A stretch of DNA of 64,000 nt from an uncultured Chloroflexia bacterium (GCA_963712745.1 CAVQJC010000008.1:35968-99967), one strand, 5' to 3'. Counted from the stretch's first letter, positions 31,816 to 42,602 are shown. Translations and numbers: made by a program. The notes: generated by a model not told the origin, from the letters alone.

Positions 31816-32451
31816 CGCCCGGAGCCGCTGGAGCAGGCATGGGAACCCTTGCGGTGGCCGCCAGTGCTTGGCGCCCGATGACGAAGCACCTACTCAGGTC
31901 CGAACTCGAGGACCCGTATCACGCGCGGAGATGGCTGCCCGCTCGAGTCCCAGCGAAGGTCGATGATGATGTTTGGCGACCTCCGACGTCAGCTTGATGG
32001 TGTCGCTCTTCTCACAGCTTGGGAAGCGCCGTGCCAGTGTTCATCTCTTGTACCTTCATCCAGCTGCCGTCGGCCCGGGCGTGAAGATGCCGTCCTCGTT
32101 CGGGACGTCGGAGCGGACGCCGTTCCCGGCGGCGACGACCCTCGTGCGGCCGTACGCCGCCTGGGACCACGGGACGTCGACGACCTCGGTCACTCGATCG
32201 TCCTCGATGATCGCGATCTGGACCGGAGGACCGTGAGGGCATCGTCGGAAGAGAAGGACACGACGGCGATGGTCATGCCCTTCGGGGTCACTGCCGGCGG
32301 AGATAGCCTGGCGTTCCAGCCATGGTGCCCCGGAGGGCATCAAGCGCGACGCCATGGCGGCCAGGCGAGTCGCCGCCGACCTCGCCCGGTCACGAGCCAG
32401 CGCCTGATGCTGCGGCGTCGCCAGGATCGAGCGTGGGTGAACGCATGCTGC

Positions 32452-33540
32452 TCAGCGCTGGCGATGCGGCCCGCAAGTCCGGGCCGGAATACCGCGATAT
32501 CGTGCAGCTCGGCGGCGAGGGGTCGCCAATGTGATTGCCACCTCGAGTCGGAGGATCAGGTTGTACGTCTCGAGCCTGGGGTCCTCGCAGGCAGTGCGGA
32601 GGATGTACCAGTGGAGCAAGATACCCGGTGCGATCTGACCGTAGGACTCGTCGAAGCCAACCTTCAGGCCGTACTGAGTACGGTCCATCACGAGGTCAAA
32701 TCCCGCTGCGATCGGCCGGCCCTCGTGCCTAACGGCAGTGATGCGGCATTGACCTCGGTCGGCAAAGCGCTGCATCAACGTCTCGTAGAACCGACGGAGT
32801 CCGGAATCGAGTGCGATGGCGGTTCTCGTTCCATTCTCACCTTTCCATCCAGAGGCCTCCACATGCAGGAACTCCGGGAACAGAAGCTCGCATTCCTCGC
32901 GGCTCCTCGCCGTGTGATAGGTAACGTTGCCCAGAGTCTCGGCTTGCCTTTGGGCACGCCTCAGATTCTTCCGGGACTTGCGCGAGAGAGCGTCGAGGAG
33001 CGCGCAGTACGAGCGGACGGGATGGTGGTGGAAGATTCCTGACTCACACACCCAGCCCGTGAAACCCGCAATGTCGCGGAGGCAACGCGCCGCGCAGGAG
33101 TCGGGGAGTGTGCGACGAAGCAAGACATAGTCCCATGAGACCCCCGGTTCTGAGGCGAGGCTTCTCAACACGCTTGGCATGACTGCGCGCAAGCGCGCGG
33201 GATCGCCGACCACGATATCGGTGAACGGCACGTGAGGGTTCGTCGGCACCTCGAGGCCGCGTCGGCCGAAGATGGCCAGTCGTTTTCGAACCGGCCGCAG
33301 AGGCAGGATGGCCTGAAGCGAACCGTCGGTGAAGACAGCCACGAACATCGTCGCCTCGGGCTCGGGCTCCTGTGTCTCGATGAAGCTGCGGTGCCATTCG
33401 TAGGCGTGGATGGGGCTGCGGTCTAGCATCTCATCAGCCAATCCGCGCCAGAGCTCATCGAGCTCGACCAGGCCACGACGTCCGCGATAGACCCGGACCC
33501 CCACCTCGATGGGCATGCTTCGAGCGGCTGGCCCCGACAT
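32452..33540 (-). CDS. GNAT Acetyltransf_6 (CelD/BcsL-like) protein; C-terminus probably frameshifted
   Basis: SRKSRKNLRRAQR, VEASGWKG, LKVGFDESYGQIAPGILL. Confidence 0.8.
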   Translation of the reverse strand: MSGPAARSMPIEVGVRVYRGRRGLVELDELWRGLADEMLDRSPIHAYEWHRSFIETQEPEPEATMFVAVFTDGSLQAILPLRPVRKRLAIFGRRGLEVPTNPHVPFTDIVVGDPARLRAVMPSVLRSLASEPGVSWDYVLLRRTLPDSCAARCLRDIAGFTGWVCESGIFHHHPVRSYCALLDALSRKSRKNLRRAQRQAETLGNVTYHTARSREECELLFPEFLHVEASGWKGENGTRTAIALDSGLRRFYETLMQRFADRGQCRITAVRHEGRPIAAGFDLVMDRTQYGLKVGFDESYGQIAPGILLHWYILRTACEDPRLETYNLILRLEVAITLATPRRRAARYRGIPARTCGPHRQR

Positions 33541-33918
33541 TGCACGCGCATGCTACTCGAAACGGAACGACGGGCGACGGTCTATCTCGGCGTCCGTCTG
33601 GCTCACCAGCCCAGCCTGAACCCTACGAATGTCCGCGAGGGAGAGCTCCCGGAGTTGGCGGCTCGACGGCGGCGTCCCGACCGGTGCGACGACGGTCATC
33701 GCCAGGAATCACGACGCGTTGCTCGTCTCCCAGCACTCGGGGGTCACGGCACACGGCCTCCACTTCTCCTCGACCCTTCAGCCCGATCACGATTCCGCTT
33801 CGAGGGGGTATCTTCACAGAGTGAAGTGTCTTCGCCGGGCTCGCGGCAGTCGCGCTTCCAGCGCGCTGCTCGCGTCTACAGGCCCTCAATGATGCCGCGT
33901 GGACTTGGAAGCGGATAG

Positions 33919-35130
33919 GTGGACGACACAACCTTGAAGTCGCCTGGTGGAACCAGACGCGTGCTCTTGCTCGACGAGGTCGATGACGGGCTCGCCGTTG
34001 GAGTCTTGAGATGCCTCCAGCTCGCCGGCGGCTACGAGGTGCATTGCCTATCAGGCACGGCGGACACCGTCCTGCGTCGATCGAGGCACTGTCGCGTGCA
34101 ACACGTCTCATGGGGCACACCTGCCGGGATGCTCTCGGCGGTGGCCGCCTACGTCGAGAGAGTGCCCATCGACCTGGTCCTTCCCATCCAGGAAGTGATG
34201 ACCGTGATGGCCGGAAATGTGGCCGAGCAGATCGAACGACTCGCGCCACTTGCCCCCGGGCCAAATCCGGTCCTGTGTGGCAGGGTCGACAACAAATGGA
34301 GCTTCCACCAGATGATGTCGGATGCTGGTCTACCGGTGCCGCGGGCGACCCTCGCCATCGGCGACGGCCCCTCCTTGCTGGGCGAACTTGGCGCCTGGGG
34401 CTCTCCGCTGCTGCTGAAGCCCACGATGGGGGCAGGCGGCCGCGGGATTCGCTCGTTCGAGCGGGCAGGTGATCTGATCAAGTCTCTGGATGACTGCGTA
34501 CCAGGCACGCCTGACGAGTTCCTCATCCAGGAGTTCATCCCGGGAGAGAATGTGAGCTGCAATCTCCTCTGTGTCGACGGCGAGATGATCGCCAACACAG
34601 TGAGTCGCTCCGCACTGCCACAGGCCGCCGAATTCACCTCAGCAGGACTCGGGTTGGAGTTCATTCGCCACGAATCGGTCGAAGCTGTCGCGGCTAGATT
34701 CGCGGAGGTCAGTCGTTGGACGGGAGTCGTGAATCTCAACATACGCATCGATTCGCGCACCGGCGAGCCGGTCCTCATCGAAGCGAACCCGCGTTACTGG
34801 CAGACGGTGGCCGGTTCGTTGGCGATGGGCATCAACTTCCCTGACCTTCATTGCCGCCTTGCTCTCGGAGGACCGCCTGCCGTACCGAAGAGCCGGACCG
34901 GCTTCTATCTGGACACCCACTCATTGTTGGTTTCGCCGCGGAACGTCGCGGCGCTCATCACGCGCGACCCGGGGTTCTTGCGGTACATCGAATGGAGTCT
35001 CACGGTCGCTGACCCTCGCCTGGACATCAACATCGTGTATCGCATGCTGCAGCGCGCGGTCGTCAGGGTCGTCTCTCGTGCCAAGCAGGTGATATCGAGC
35101 GTGGCAGGCAGTCCCGGCGCATCAAACTGA
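33919..35130 (+). CDS. ATP-grasp domain protein
   Basis: DNKWSF, LLLKPTMGAGGRGI, LIQEFIPG, LIEANPRYW. Confidence 0.85.
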   Translation: MDDTTLKSPGGTRRVLLLDEVDDGLAVGVLRCLQLAGGYEVHCLSGTADTVLRRSRHCRVQHVSWGTPAGMLSAVAAYVERVPIDLVLPIQEVMTVMAGNVAEQIERLAPLAPGPNPVLCGRVDNKWSFHQMMSDAGLPVPRATLAIGDGPSLLGELGAWGSPLLLKPTMGAGGRGIRSFERAGDLIKSLDDCVPGTPDEFLIQEFIPGENVSCNLLCVDGEMIANTVSRSALPQAAEFTSAGLGLEFIRHESVEAVAARFAEVSRWTGVVNLNIRIDSRTGEPVLIEANPRYWQTVAGSLAMGINFPDLHCRLALGGPPAVPKSRTGFYLDTHSLLVSPRNVAALITRDPGFLRYIEWSLTVADPRLDINIVYRMLQRAVVRVVSRAKQVISSVAGSPGASN

Positions 35131-35153
35131 TCCGGCTGGCCGACGCTGACCGG

Positions 35154-35178
35154 GTGCCCGTAGCTCAGTGGACCGAGC
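35154..35178 (+). other. Degenerate tRNA 5' fragment (acceptor strand and D-arm, Arg-like)
   Basis: GTGCCCG-TA-GCTC-AGTGGACC-GAGC; no anticodon or T arm follows. Confidence 0.4.
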
Positions 35179-35390
35179 TTGCGACCCTCACTGACGCCCC
35201 AACGCCAAAGGCTCGTAGCGTTCAGGCATCTTGGCGGTCCGATGGCGACTAGGGCGGGCGTCAAGCACGCGACCGTATAGATGTTCGGGAGTTAATCCGG
35301 ATGCGATACGGTGCGACCAGTGGCTCGGCCGGGGGCGGTGACGCGGCCAAGGCCCGGCGCGCTGGGCGCGCCTAGCGTACGGCCTCCGAC

Positions 35391-35535
35391 CTAGCGTGGT
35401 GATTCACTGATCGCTGGCGGCTTGCGGACCGCCTTGGCGAGGATCTGGTCGGCGGTCTTGACCCATACGAACGGACTCGACCCCTCGTTCCACTGGCGGG
35501 TGAAGGCGTCGATCATGGCGATGAGTTCCTTGCCA
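35391..35535 (-). mobile_element. IS630-family transposase C-terminal fragment
   Basis: ELIAMIDAFTRQWNEGSSPFVWVKTADQILAK is typical of an IS630 C-terminus. Confidence 0.7.
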
Positions 35536-35557
35536 AGACCGCTTCCCCTTCGGCCCG

Positions 35558-35821
35558 TCAGAGGGGCCCTCCCGCTCCGCCACCTTGGAGGCAAAGGGAC
35601 GGCGCCGGCGTCACGCCGCGGTCGCCATCGGCGCTCCCCAGCCAGTACGCAGCCTGTGCCGCGTTCAGGCAGCCGTTCCGTCGGTACAGCCCCGATAGGT
35701 GCTGGCGGACCGTCGTCTCGCTGATGCCGAGCTCGTACGCCGCCGCCGCGACCGACCCCGCCCGGATGTAGATGCGAAGGACTTCCACCTGGCGGCGGGT
35801 CGGAGGCTGACGCGCGTTCAT
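35558..35821 (-). CDS. Stand-alone LuxR-type HTH protein
   Basis: PTRRQVEVL...AAAYELGISETTVRQHLSGLYRR. Confidence 0.7.
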   Translation of the reverse strand: MNARQPPTRRQVEVLRIYIRAGSVAAAAYELGISETTVRQHLSGLYRRNGCLNAAQAAYWLGSADGDRGVTPAPSLCLQGGGAGGPL

Positions 35822-35960
35822 CCGGCCCTCCGGTGCTGAGCCGGCCACACCTTCGGCGCAGCAGGTGTCCGCCTCTCGAGCACGAATCGAGGCCGGAACC
35901 GAAGGTGGGCCAAGCTGGCGCGACCCCTCTCGCCCCGACCATTTCCGTTGCCACCCCGTT

Positions 35961-36224
35961 CTACTCGTAGTGCGACCACATCCGCAGGACCTTGACGACA
36001 TGTTCCTCCGGCAGCACCTGGTACACGAGTCGGTGCTGGATGTTGATCCGCCGCGAGTAAGCGCCGGCGAGGTCACCCACGAGCTTCTCGAATGGAGGAG
36101 GGTTCCGGAAGGGATCATCCGCGAGCAGCTCGAGCGGGACTTGCGCCCGGTCCCTGAGTCCTGTCGCGGCAAGGCGCCGGGCATCCTTCTGCGCCGCCTT
36201 CGTGTAGACGAGGCGCCAGCTCAC
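35961..36224 (-). CDS. yoeB: Txe/YoeB-family toxin
   Basis: LVYTKAAQKD, PPFEKLVGDLAGAYSRRINIQHRLVY, RMWSHYE. Confidence 0.93.
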   Translation of the reverse strand: MSWRLVYTKAAQKDARRLAATGLRDRAQVPLELLADDPFRNPPPFEKLVGDLAGAYSRRINIQHRLVYQVLPEEHVVKVLRMWSHYE

Positions 36225-36463
36225 CAGCCCGGCTCATCCTCCAGCTCGCCCGGCGGCGTGGCCATGCCCTCGAGGATGGAGTCGCGCATCCCCGGGATCG
36301 AGACCAGGAACAGCGTCTCCTGTACGGCCAGCCAGTCATCCTCGCCGACGAGGACGGCGTTCCCGCGCTTGCCCGAGATCTGGATCGGCTCGTGCGTGTT
36401 CTGGACCTGATCGACGAGGCGGTAGAGGTCCTTCCTCGCTTGGGTGGCGGTGATCGTGGCCAT
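36221..36463 (-). CDS. yefM: Phd/YefM-family antitoxin
   Basis: ITATQARKDLYRLVDQV..THEPIQISGKRGNAVLV, ETLFLVSIPGM; overlaps toxin start. Confidence 0.93.
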   Translation of the reverse strand: MATITATQARKDLYRLVDQVQNTHEPIQISGKRGNAVLVGEDDWLAVQETLFLVSIPGMRDSILEGMATPPGELEDEPGW

Positions 36464-36487
36464 CGGTTCCCTTCGCACTGCATATTG

Positions 36488-36505
36488 CGTACGGTATAGC
36501 GTACG
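36488..36505. promoter_or_regulatory. Probable YefM-YoeB autoregulatory operator
   Basis: Two CGTACG palindromes 12 bp apart just upstream of the antitoxin; yefM operators use paired GTAC-core palindromes. Confidence 0.6.
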
Positions 36506-36529
36506 TCATTCGACCACGCCCGGTCAACG

Positions 36530-37110
36530 CGGGAGCAGCCGGCCACGCCGACGATGACCGGCGGCCGAGCCACCGCACCGAAGCCGATGGGGATGTCGAC
36601 CGCGGGGAACCAGAGGTCCCACTGGGCCAGTTCACCGGGTCGGTACGTGGTGCGGCCGGCCGGGTCGGGTGGCAGGAACAGCGGCCGCAGCTCGCGCACC
36701 CGCTCGCGCAGGATGGTCAGGCCCCGCTCCCAACCGAGGCGCTCGGCGACGACCGTGGCGGGCATGTCCGGGGCGTCGCGCAACAACCGCCGGATGTCGG
36801 GCTCGACCGCATCGAGGGCCGAGGGCATCGCCCGGCGGACGTAGCGAGGCGGCCCATCGGAGCGCAGCGCCGAGCGGATCGTGTTGCGGCTGAGGCCGAA
36901 GCGGCGGGCCAGGGCCTTGATGGACACGCCCTCGGCGCGGTGCAGTCGGCGGATCTCCACCCAGTCCTCCACGTGCAGCAGCCCCTTCCTCCCAGTGCTG
37001 GATCCGCTGGCTTCAGCCTGGGGCTCGACCGGTCTTCCCGTCTGTTCCTCGTCCAGAGGGGTTCAGGTTTCGACCGTCGTCAGGGGATCAGTATTGGGCC
37101 GTCGTCGACA
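36530..37110 (-). mobile_element. istA: IS21-family fragment: left end and truncated istA
   Basis: End TGTCGACGACGGCCCAATACTGATCCCC followed by an internal repeat TGACGACGGTCGAAACCTGAACCCC; EDWVEIRRLHRAEGVSIKALARRFGLSRNT...PGELAQWD. Confidence 0.85.
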
Positions 37111-37165
37111 TGAGGGTCACTGTGGGGAGGCCTCCGCGCCTGTGTCTGCCATCTTGTCTCGACTC

Positions 37166-37298
37166 GGGCGGCTAGCTCAGCTGGTTAGAGCACTTGCTTG
37201 ACATGCGTCCTGCCGGATGCGGCGTAGGTGTCGCACGATGACGAGCCCTCACCGATGCGGTGAGGGCCTTGTTGTGGGCTGAACGTCATCGGCTGAAC
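37166..37298 (+). repeat. att-like junction copy 1: tRNA-Val(GAC) 5' half (37166-37206) plus conserved 92-bp arm
   Basis: GGGCGGC-TA-GCTC-AGCTGGTTA-GAGC-A-CTTGC-TTGACAT-GC, then non-tRNA sequence shared with three other copies. Confidence 0.92.
37245..37275 (+). terminator. Intrinsic terminator-like hairpin within the junction (also at 45433, 50834, 58149)
   Basis: GCCCTCACCG-ATG-CGGTGAGGGC perfect 10-bp stem followed by CTTGTT; the copy 4 change keeps a G-U pair. Confidence 0.7.
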
Positions 37299-37385
37299 TT
37301 GCGCGTAGGCGCGCGACGACCACGGCGATGAGCCGGACCGCCGAGACCTGCCGGAGCCCGGCGTCACGCGGCGGGTGGTCGTCCA

Positions 37386-37760
37386 TCATCGCTCATGCCG
37401 GCGGACCGGGAGCAAGCCCCGGTCCAAGAGCCAGGGGATAGCGACGGCACCGGAGATGAGGCGGAGAGTGACAGCAGGCGGCCCCGAAGAGGAGGAGGAG
37501 GTCGGCCGGTGTCGCGCGAGCGGGCGCGTCGACCGGGCCGATGGCACCGACCACTCGTCGTCCTGGTACGTCGCCAGCGGTGCGCTGAGGGGATCGACTC
37601 CGAGGACGCCGCACGCTGCCGCAGCCCACAGAGGCGCATCGGTCGGCGCGGGCTCGTCGAGAACGCAGTGTACCCACCGCGCAGATGTTGCTAGAGTGTC
37701 GCAGCCCGGCAACAAGGGCTGCGTTGCTTCGAGTGCGCTGCCCGCCCAGATCGACTGTCC
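37386..37760 (-). pseudogene. Decayed gene, possibly XRE-like HTH with C-terminal TM helix; homologous relics follow junctions 3 and 4
   Basis: APLWAAAACGVLGVDPL...LLLFGAAC..LISGAVAIPWLLDRGLLPVRRH; homologous DNA at 50975-51299 and about 58285-58395. Confidence 0.45.
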
Positions 37761-37876
37761 AGTCGTAGCCCCCAGAGGAAGGAGGTCGACCAAGCGACAA
37801 CAGCGCACACCCCTAGGGTCGTCGATGCCAGCCAACCAGTACATACTTTCGGCTTCTGTCAGGAGGAGAGTCGGCT

Positions 37877-38866
37877 ATGAAGAGAGTCCGCACCTTGACC
37901 AGCATCCTGGTCGCCTCGGGGCTACTCGCGATCATTCCGGCGGCACCAGCCGCCGCACAAGACACGGACTTGGTCACCGTGGTCAAGATCGCGGGCATCA
38001 ACTGGTTCAACCGCATGGAAGAGGGCGTGGTCGCCTGGGGCGAAGAAAACGGCGTGAACGCCGCCCTTGTGGGTCCCGCTGAGGCTGACGCAGCGCAGCA
38101 GATCCCGATTATCGAGGACCTGATCGCCAAGGGCGTGGACGCGCTGTGTGTCGTGCCCATGGACCCGACGCAGCTCGACCCGGTCCTGCAGAAGGCCATG
38201 GATGCGGGCATCACCGTCGTCACCCATGAGGCATCCAGCCAGGTCAACATGGACTATGACATCGAGGCCTTCGACAACATGGCCTACGGTGCCGGCCTCA
38301 TGGACCTCTTGGCTGCAGAGATGGGCGAAGAGGGTGAGTATGCCGTCTTCGTGGGTAGCTTGGGCTCCAAGACCCACAACGAGTGGGTCGACGGCGGCAT
38401 CAACCGCCAGATGGAGGCCTACCCCAACATGACGATGGTGGGCGACAAGAACGAGAGCTTCGACGACTCCGAGATCGCGTACCAGAAGGCCAAGGAGATC
38501 CTGGCCGCCTATCCCGACATCAAGGGCTTCCAGGGCAGCGCCTCCACCGACGTGGCCGGCATCGGTCGCGCGGTCGAGGAGGCTGGCCTGCAGGACGAAG
38601 TAGCGGTGGTTGGCACCAGCCTGCCGTCGATCGCAGGCGATCTGCTGTCCAGCGGCGCCATCGACGCCATCGGTTTCTGGGATCCGGCCGTGGCCGGCGC
38701 TGCCTGCAACCAGATCGCGATGATGACTCTGGCCGGCGAGACGGTCGGTGAGGGCACCGACCTAGGCATCGACGGCTACAACAGCCTCACGGCTGTGGAT
38801 AACGTGCTGTACGGTGACGCGGCGGTCTACGTGGACGCCTCGAACGCCGACCAGTATCCGTTCTAG
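37877..38866 (+). CDS. Sugar ABC transporter substrate-binding protein (LsrB/RhaS-like)
   Basis: Signal peptide; [34 protein letters not shown]; AGGAGG RBS. Confidence 0.9.
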   Translation: MKRVRTLTSILVASGLLAIIPAAPAAAQDTDLVTVVKIAGINWFNRMEEGVVAWGEENGVNAALVGPAEADAAQQIPIIEDLIAKGVDALCVVPMDPTQLDPVLQKAMDAGITVVTHEASSQVNMDYDIEAFDNMAYGAGLMDLLAAEMGEEGEYAVFVGSLGSKTHNEWVDGGINRQMEAYPNMTMVGDKNESFDDSEIAYQKAKEILAAYPDIKGFQGSASTDVAGIGRAVEEAGLQDEVAVVGTSLPSIAGDLLSSGAIDAIGFWDPAVAGAACNQIAMMTLAGETVGEGTDLGIDGYNSLTAVDNVLYGDAAVYVDASNADQYPF

Positions 38867-38974
38867 CTTCTGATGTAGGTCCATCCCGCGAAGGTGGGGA
38901 TCCAGCACCGAACCGACTGGATTCCCGCCTTCTAGGGAATTGCGGAAGCTCACCGTCGCCGAGTCTGTTTCGCC

Positions 38975-40468
38975 ATGGCTGACGAACTGCTGCGTGCAGC
39001 TGAGATCTTCAAGTCCTTCGCCGGCGTTCGCGCGTTGCTGGACGTCGATCTGGTCGTCGAGAAGGGGCGAATCCACTGCCTGGTCGGCGAGAACGGCTGC
39101 GGCAAGTCGACGCTGATCAAGATCATCGCCGGCGTCTATCAGCGCGACGCGGGAACGGTCGTCATCAACGGCAAGGAGTACGACCGCCTGCACCCCATCG
39201 ATGCCATCCGCGAAGGCATCCAGGTCATCTATCAGGACTTCTCGCTCTTTCCCAACCTGACGGTGGCCGAGAACATCGCGCTCAACGAGCAACTGGCCGA
39301 GGGCCGGCGCCTGGTCAACTGGCGCAAGGTGCGGCGCGTCGCCGAGGACGCGCTGGCGCAGATCGAAGTCGACATCCCCCTCGATGCGCTGGTCGAGGAC
39401 GTGTCGGTCGCCAACAAGCAGCTGATCGCCATCTCCAAGGCGCTGCGCCAGGAAGCTCAGCTGATCATCATGGATGAGCCCACCAGCGCGTTGACGAAGC
39501 ACGAGATCCAGGCCCTCTTCGCCGTCATCCGTCGTCTACAGGAGCGCGGCATCGCCTTCCTGTTCGTCAGCCACAAGCTGGATGAGGTGCTGGAGATCTC
39601 CGAGACGATCATCGTCATGCGGAACGGCAGCGTCGTCAGCACAGGAGATCCTCAGGAGTACGACACCAAGCGCCTGATCCTCGAGATGACCGGGCATGCC
39701 ATCACAGAGAAGCCTTATCGGTTCGTGGCGGACACCAGCAAACCGGCGCTACTCAGGGTCGAGGGCCTCGAGGTCAACCACGCATTGCAGGACATCCAGT
39801 TCGAGCTCTACCCAGGCGAGATCGTCGGCGTCACGGGTCTGCTGGGCTCAGGTCGCACCGAGCTGGCCCTGGCGCTGTTCGGCCTGCTGCCCATCGATGC
39901 CGGCCGCATGTCCATGGATGGCCAGCCGGTCGTGATCAGGTCGATCGAAGACGCCATCGAGCACGGCATCGGCTATGTGCCTGAGGATCGACTGACCGAA
40001 GGGCTGTTTCTGGAGCAGGCCATTGGCCGCAATATGGTGGTGCGTATCATCGAGCGACTGCGCGGCACCCTGGGCCTGACCGACTCTCGCAAGGTCACCC
40101 GGCAGGTGAACGAATGGGTTGACCTGATGCGCGTCAAGACCTCCGATCCTGATCTGCCGGTCAAGACGCTGTCGGGCGGCAATCAGCAGCGGGTGGTACT
40201 GGCCAAGTGGCTGGCCAGCAAGCCCCGCTTGATGATCCTCAACGGGCCCACGGTCGGCGTCGATATCGGCTCCAAGGACGAGCTGCACGACATGATCAAG
40301 GAGCTGGCCGGCGAAGGCATGGGGCTGCTGCTCATCTCCGACGACATCCCTGAACTGCTGCAGACCTGCAACCGAATCCTGCTGATGCGCAATGGCCGCA
40401 TCACCGAAGAGATCCAGCCTCAAGAGACCGACGAGAACAGGCTCACCGCCAGGTTGATCGAGGAATGA
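38975..40468 (+). CDS. Sugar ABC transporter ATP-binding protein (tandem domains)
   Basis: [30 protein letters not shown]. Confidence 0.95.
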   Translation: MADELLRAAEIFKSFAGVRALLDVDLVVEKGRIHCLVGENGCGKSTLIKIIAGVYQRDAGTVVINGKEYDRLHPIDAIREGIQVIYQDFSLFPNLTVAENIALNEQLAEGRRLVNWRKVRRVAEDALAQIEVDIPLDALVEDVSVANKQLIAISKALRQEAQLIIMDEPTSALTKHEIQALFAVIRRLQERGIAFLFVSHKLDEVLEISETIIVMRNGSVVSTGDPQEYDTKRLILEMTGHAITEKPYRFVADTSKPALLRVEGLEVNHALQDIQFELYPGEIVGVTGLLGSGRTELALALFGLLPIDAGRMSMDGQPVVIRSIEDAIEHGIGYVPEDRLTEGLFLEQAIGRNMVVRIIERLRGTLGLTDSRKVTRQVNEWVDLMRVKTSDPDLPVKTLSGGNQQRVVLAKWLASKPRLMILNGPTVGVDIGSKDELHDMIKELAGEGMGLLLISDDIPELLQTCNRILLMRNGRITEEIQPQETDENRLTARLIEE

Positions 40469-41472
40469 GCACCGTGAGTCGACTGGCTGGCCGCAACGAG
40501 ACGCTGGTCGCTGTCACCATCGTCATCCTCGTCTTGGTGATCGGACTGAACAACCCGGTCTTCCTCACCGTCGGGAACGCCTTCGACCTGTTGCGCAGCA
40601 TGATCGTCATCGGCATCTTCGCCATGGCCGTGCTGATCGTGATCGTGTCTGGCGGCATCGACGTGTCCTTCGCGGCCATCGGCATCTTCGCGCTCTACGC
40701 CACCGTCGTGCTATTGAGAGGGAATGCCCCCGACGCGCCTATCTGGGTGGCGTTCATCGTGGCGGCCCTGATCGGACTTGGCCTCGGTCTCATCAACGCC
40801 TTCTTCATCGCACAGTTCAAGCTGCCGACGCTGATCGTGACCCTCGGCACGTTGAGCATGTTCCACGGCTTCCTGCTCTTCGCGATCGGCAACAACATCA
40901 TTCGCGACGTGCCCCCGGAGATGACCGCCTTCGCGCGCTCCGTGCTGGTGTCAGTTCCCTTGACACGGGGCACGGCCAACCTCCATCCAGCCATCCTGAT
41001 CACCATCGCCGTAACCATATTCGTGTGGTGGCTGCTCAAGTACACCATGCTTGGCCGCAGCATCTACGCGCTCGGCGGCGCGCGCGATGCCGCTGAGCGC
41101 GCGGGGTTCAACGTGCCCCGCATCCAGTACTTCATCTACGCCTTCGTGGGACTGCTGTCGGGCATCGCCGGTATGACCTTCGGCTCGCTGGCCCGCCAGG
41201 CCAACCCGCAGGACCTGGTCGGATCGGAGCTGATGGTGATCGCCGCAGTGGTGTTGGGCGGCGCGCAGCTGACCGGCGGCCGAGGCACGGTGATCGGCAC
41301 CGTGCTCGGCGTGGTCCTGGTGGTGATCGCCAACAACAGCCTGGTCCTGATCGGGGTACCCACCGTCTGGCAGCAGGTCGTAATCGGCGCAATCATCCTT
41401 GTCGGCACCGGCCTGCCGGCTATCCGCGCGCGGCGAGCCAAACGGCACGCCACTGGCATGGTCACGCCATGA
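40465..41472 (+). CDS. Sugar ABC transporter permease
   Basis: [34 protein letters not shown]. Confidence 0.93.
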   Translation: MSTVSRLAGRNETLVAVTIVILVLVIGLNNPVFLTVGNAFDLLRSMIVIGIFAMAVLIVIVSGGIDVSFAAIGIFALYATVVLLRGNAPDAPIWVAFIVAALIGLGLGLINAFFIAQFKLPTLIVTLGTLSMFHGFLLFAIGNNIIRDVPPEMTAFARSVLVSVPLTRGTANLHPAILITIAVTIFVWWLLKYTMLGRSIYALGGARDAAERAGFNVPRIQYFIYAFVGLLSGIAGMTFGSLARQANPQDLVGSELMVIAAVVLGGAQLTGGRGTVIGTVLGVVLVVIANNSLVLIGVPTVWQQVVIGAIILVGTGLPAIRARRAKRHATGMVTP

Positions 41473-41527
41473 CGCACCGTTCATCCCGGTTCGGGCACAC
41501 TGAGCTGACCCTCCCAGAAGACGCACG

Positions 41528-42574
41528 ATGAACGACGAAGCTGCCCGCAAGTCGCTGATCGGCCGCCTGCCGGTGGACAGCCAGACGCTGCGCCTGCTGG
41601 TCATCGCCATCCTGCTCTTCGCAGCCTTCAGCATCCTGTTGCCGGGCGAGTTCCCGACACTCCGCAACATGCAGTCCATGGCCGTGCAGTTCCCAGAGTT
41701 CGGCATCCTGGCCTTCGCCATCATGATCACCATGCTCACCGGTGGCATCGACCTGTCCATCGTCGGCGCGGCCAACCTCTCGGCGATCGCGGCGGCCACG
41801 GTGTTGACCAGACTGGGAGCAACTGACGAGGCGGCGCTTCCGCTGGCACTCCTGATTCCTCTGGCCATCCTGGCCGCGGTGCTGGTTGGCTCGCTGTGCG
41901 GCCTGTTCAATGGTCTTCTCGTCTCCCGCATCGGTATCACCCCGATCCTGGCGACCCTGGCCACCGGCTCGCTCTACACCGGGCTCTCACTCGTGATCAC
42001 CGGCGGCCCAGCCATCACGACCACGCAGCTGGCCTTCATCGGCAACGGCACCATCCTGGGCCTGCCGATCCCGGTCATCGTGTTCATCGTGTTGGCGGTG
42101 GTGTACTCGATCGTGCTCAATCGGTCGGCGTTCGGCTTCAACGTGTACATGCTGGGGACCAACCCGACTGCGGCACTGTTCTCCGGCATCAGCTCCCACC
42201 GTGTGCTGATGCGCACCTACTGGCTGGCCGGGCTGTCGGCCGGGATCGCAGGCGTCATCTTCCTTACGCGCACCAACTCGGCCAAACCGGAGTATGGCGC
42301 ATCGTTCATCCTGTTGACCGTCCTGATCGCCATCCTGGGCGGCGTGCGCTACACCGGCGGCTTCGGCACGGTCTCCGGGCTGGTGCTGGCCGTGCTCAGC
42401 ATCCAGCTCCTCTCGACCGGCCTGAACATGCTGATGCTCGAGTGGTTCCCCTCCAGCGCTGCCATCTTCTTCCGCCAGTTCGCCTGGGGCGGGCTGCTGC
42501 TGCTGGTGATGGTGCTCAACTACTATGCCGACCAGCGGCGCGACAGGCGACCGAGCGCCAGCAGACAGGCATGA
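41528..42574 (+). CDS. Sugar ABC transporter permease
   Basis: [22 protein letters not shown]. Confidence 0.93.
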   Translation: MNDEAARKSLIGRLPVDSQTLRLLVIAILLFAAFSILLPGEFPTLRNMQSMAVQFPEFGILAFAIMITMLTGGIDLSIVGAANLSAIAAATVLTRLGATDEAALPLALLIPLAILAAVLVGSLCGLFNGLLVSRIGITPILATLATGSLYTGLSLVITGGPAITTTQLAFIGNGTILGLPIPVIVFIVLAVVYSIVLNRSAFGFNVYMLGTNPTAALFSGISSHRVLMRTYWLAGLSAGIAGVIFLTRTNSAKPEYGASFILLTVLIAILGGVRYTGGFGTVSGLVLAVLSIQLLSTGLNMLMLEWFPSSAAIFFRQFAWGGLLLLVMVLNYYADQRRDRRPSASRQA

Positions 42575-42602
42575 TCATTCACCGTAGGGGAGGAGCGTTT
42601 CG

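Noticed and set aside
32452-35130. GNAT plus ATP-grasp pair as a RiPP (graspetide) cluster
   Set aside because: Genes are divergent, no precursor peptide or transporter is evident, and both families commonly occur in polysaccharide-modification loci
37211-37226. REP-like GCCGGATGCGGCGT in the arm
   Set aside because: Resembles the enterobacterial REP consensus but varies between copies, lacks the complementary half and has no RAYT gene nearby; probably coincidence
37166-37245. Junction copies as complete or intron-containing tRNA-Val genes, or tmRNA
   Set aside because: The 3' anticodon stem is broken after 2 nt, there is no GTTCRA T-loop or CCA end, no 3' exon appears downstream in the window, and no group I/II intron core or tag ORF is recognisable
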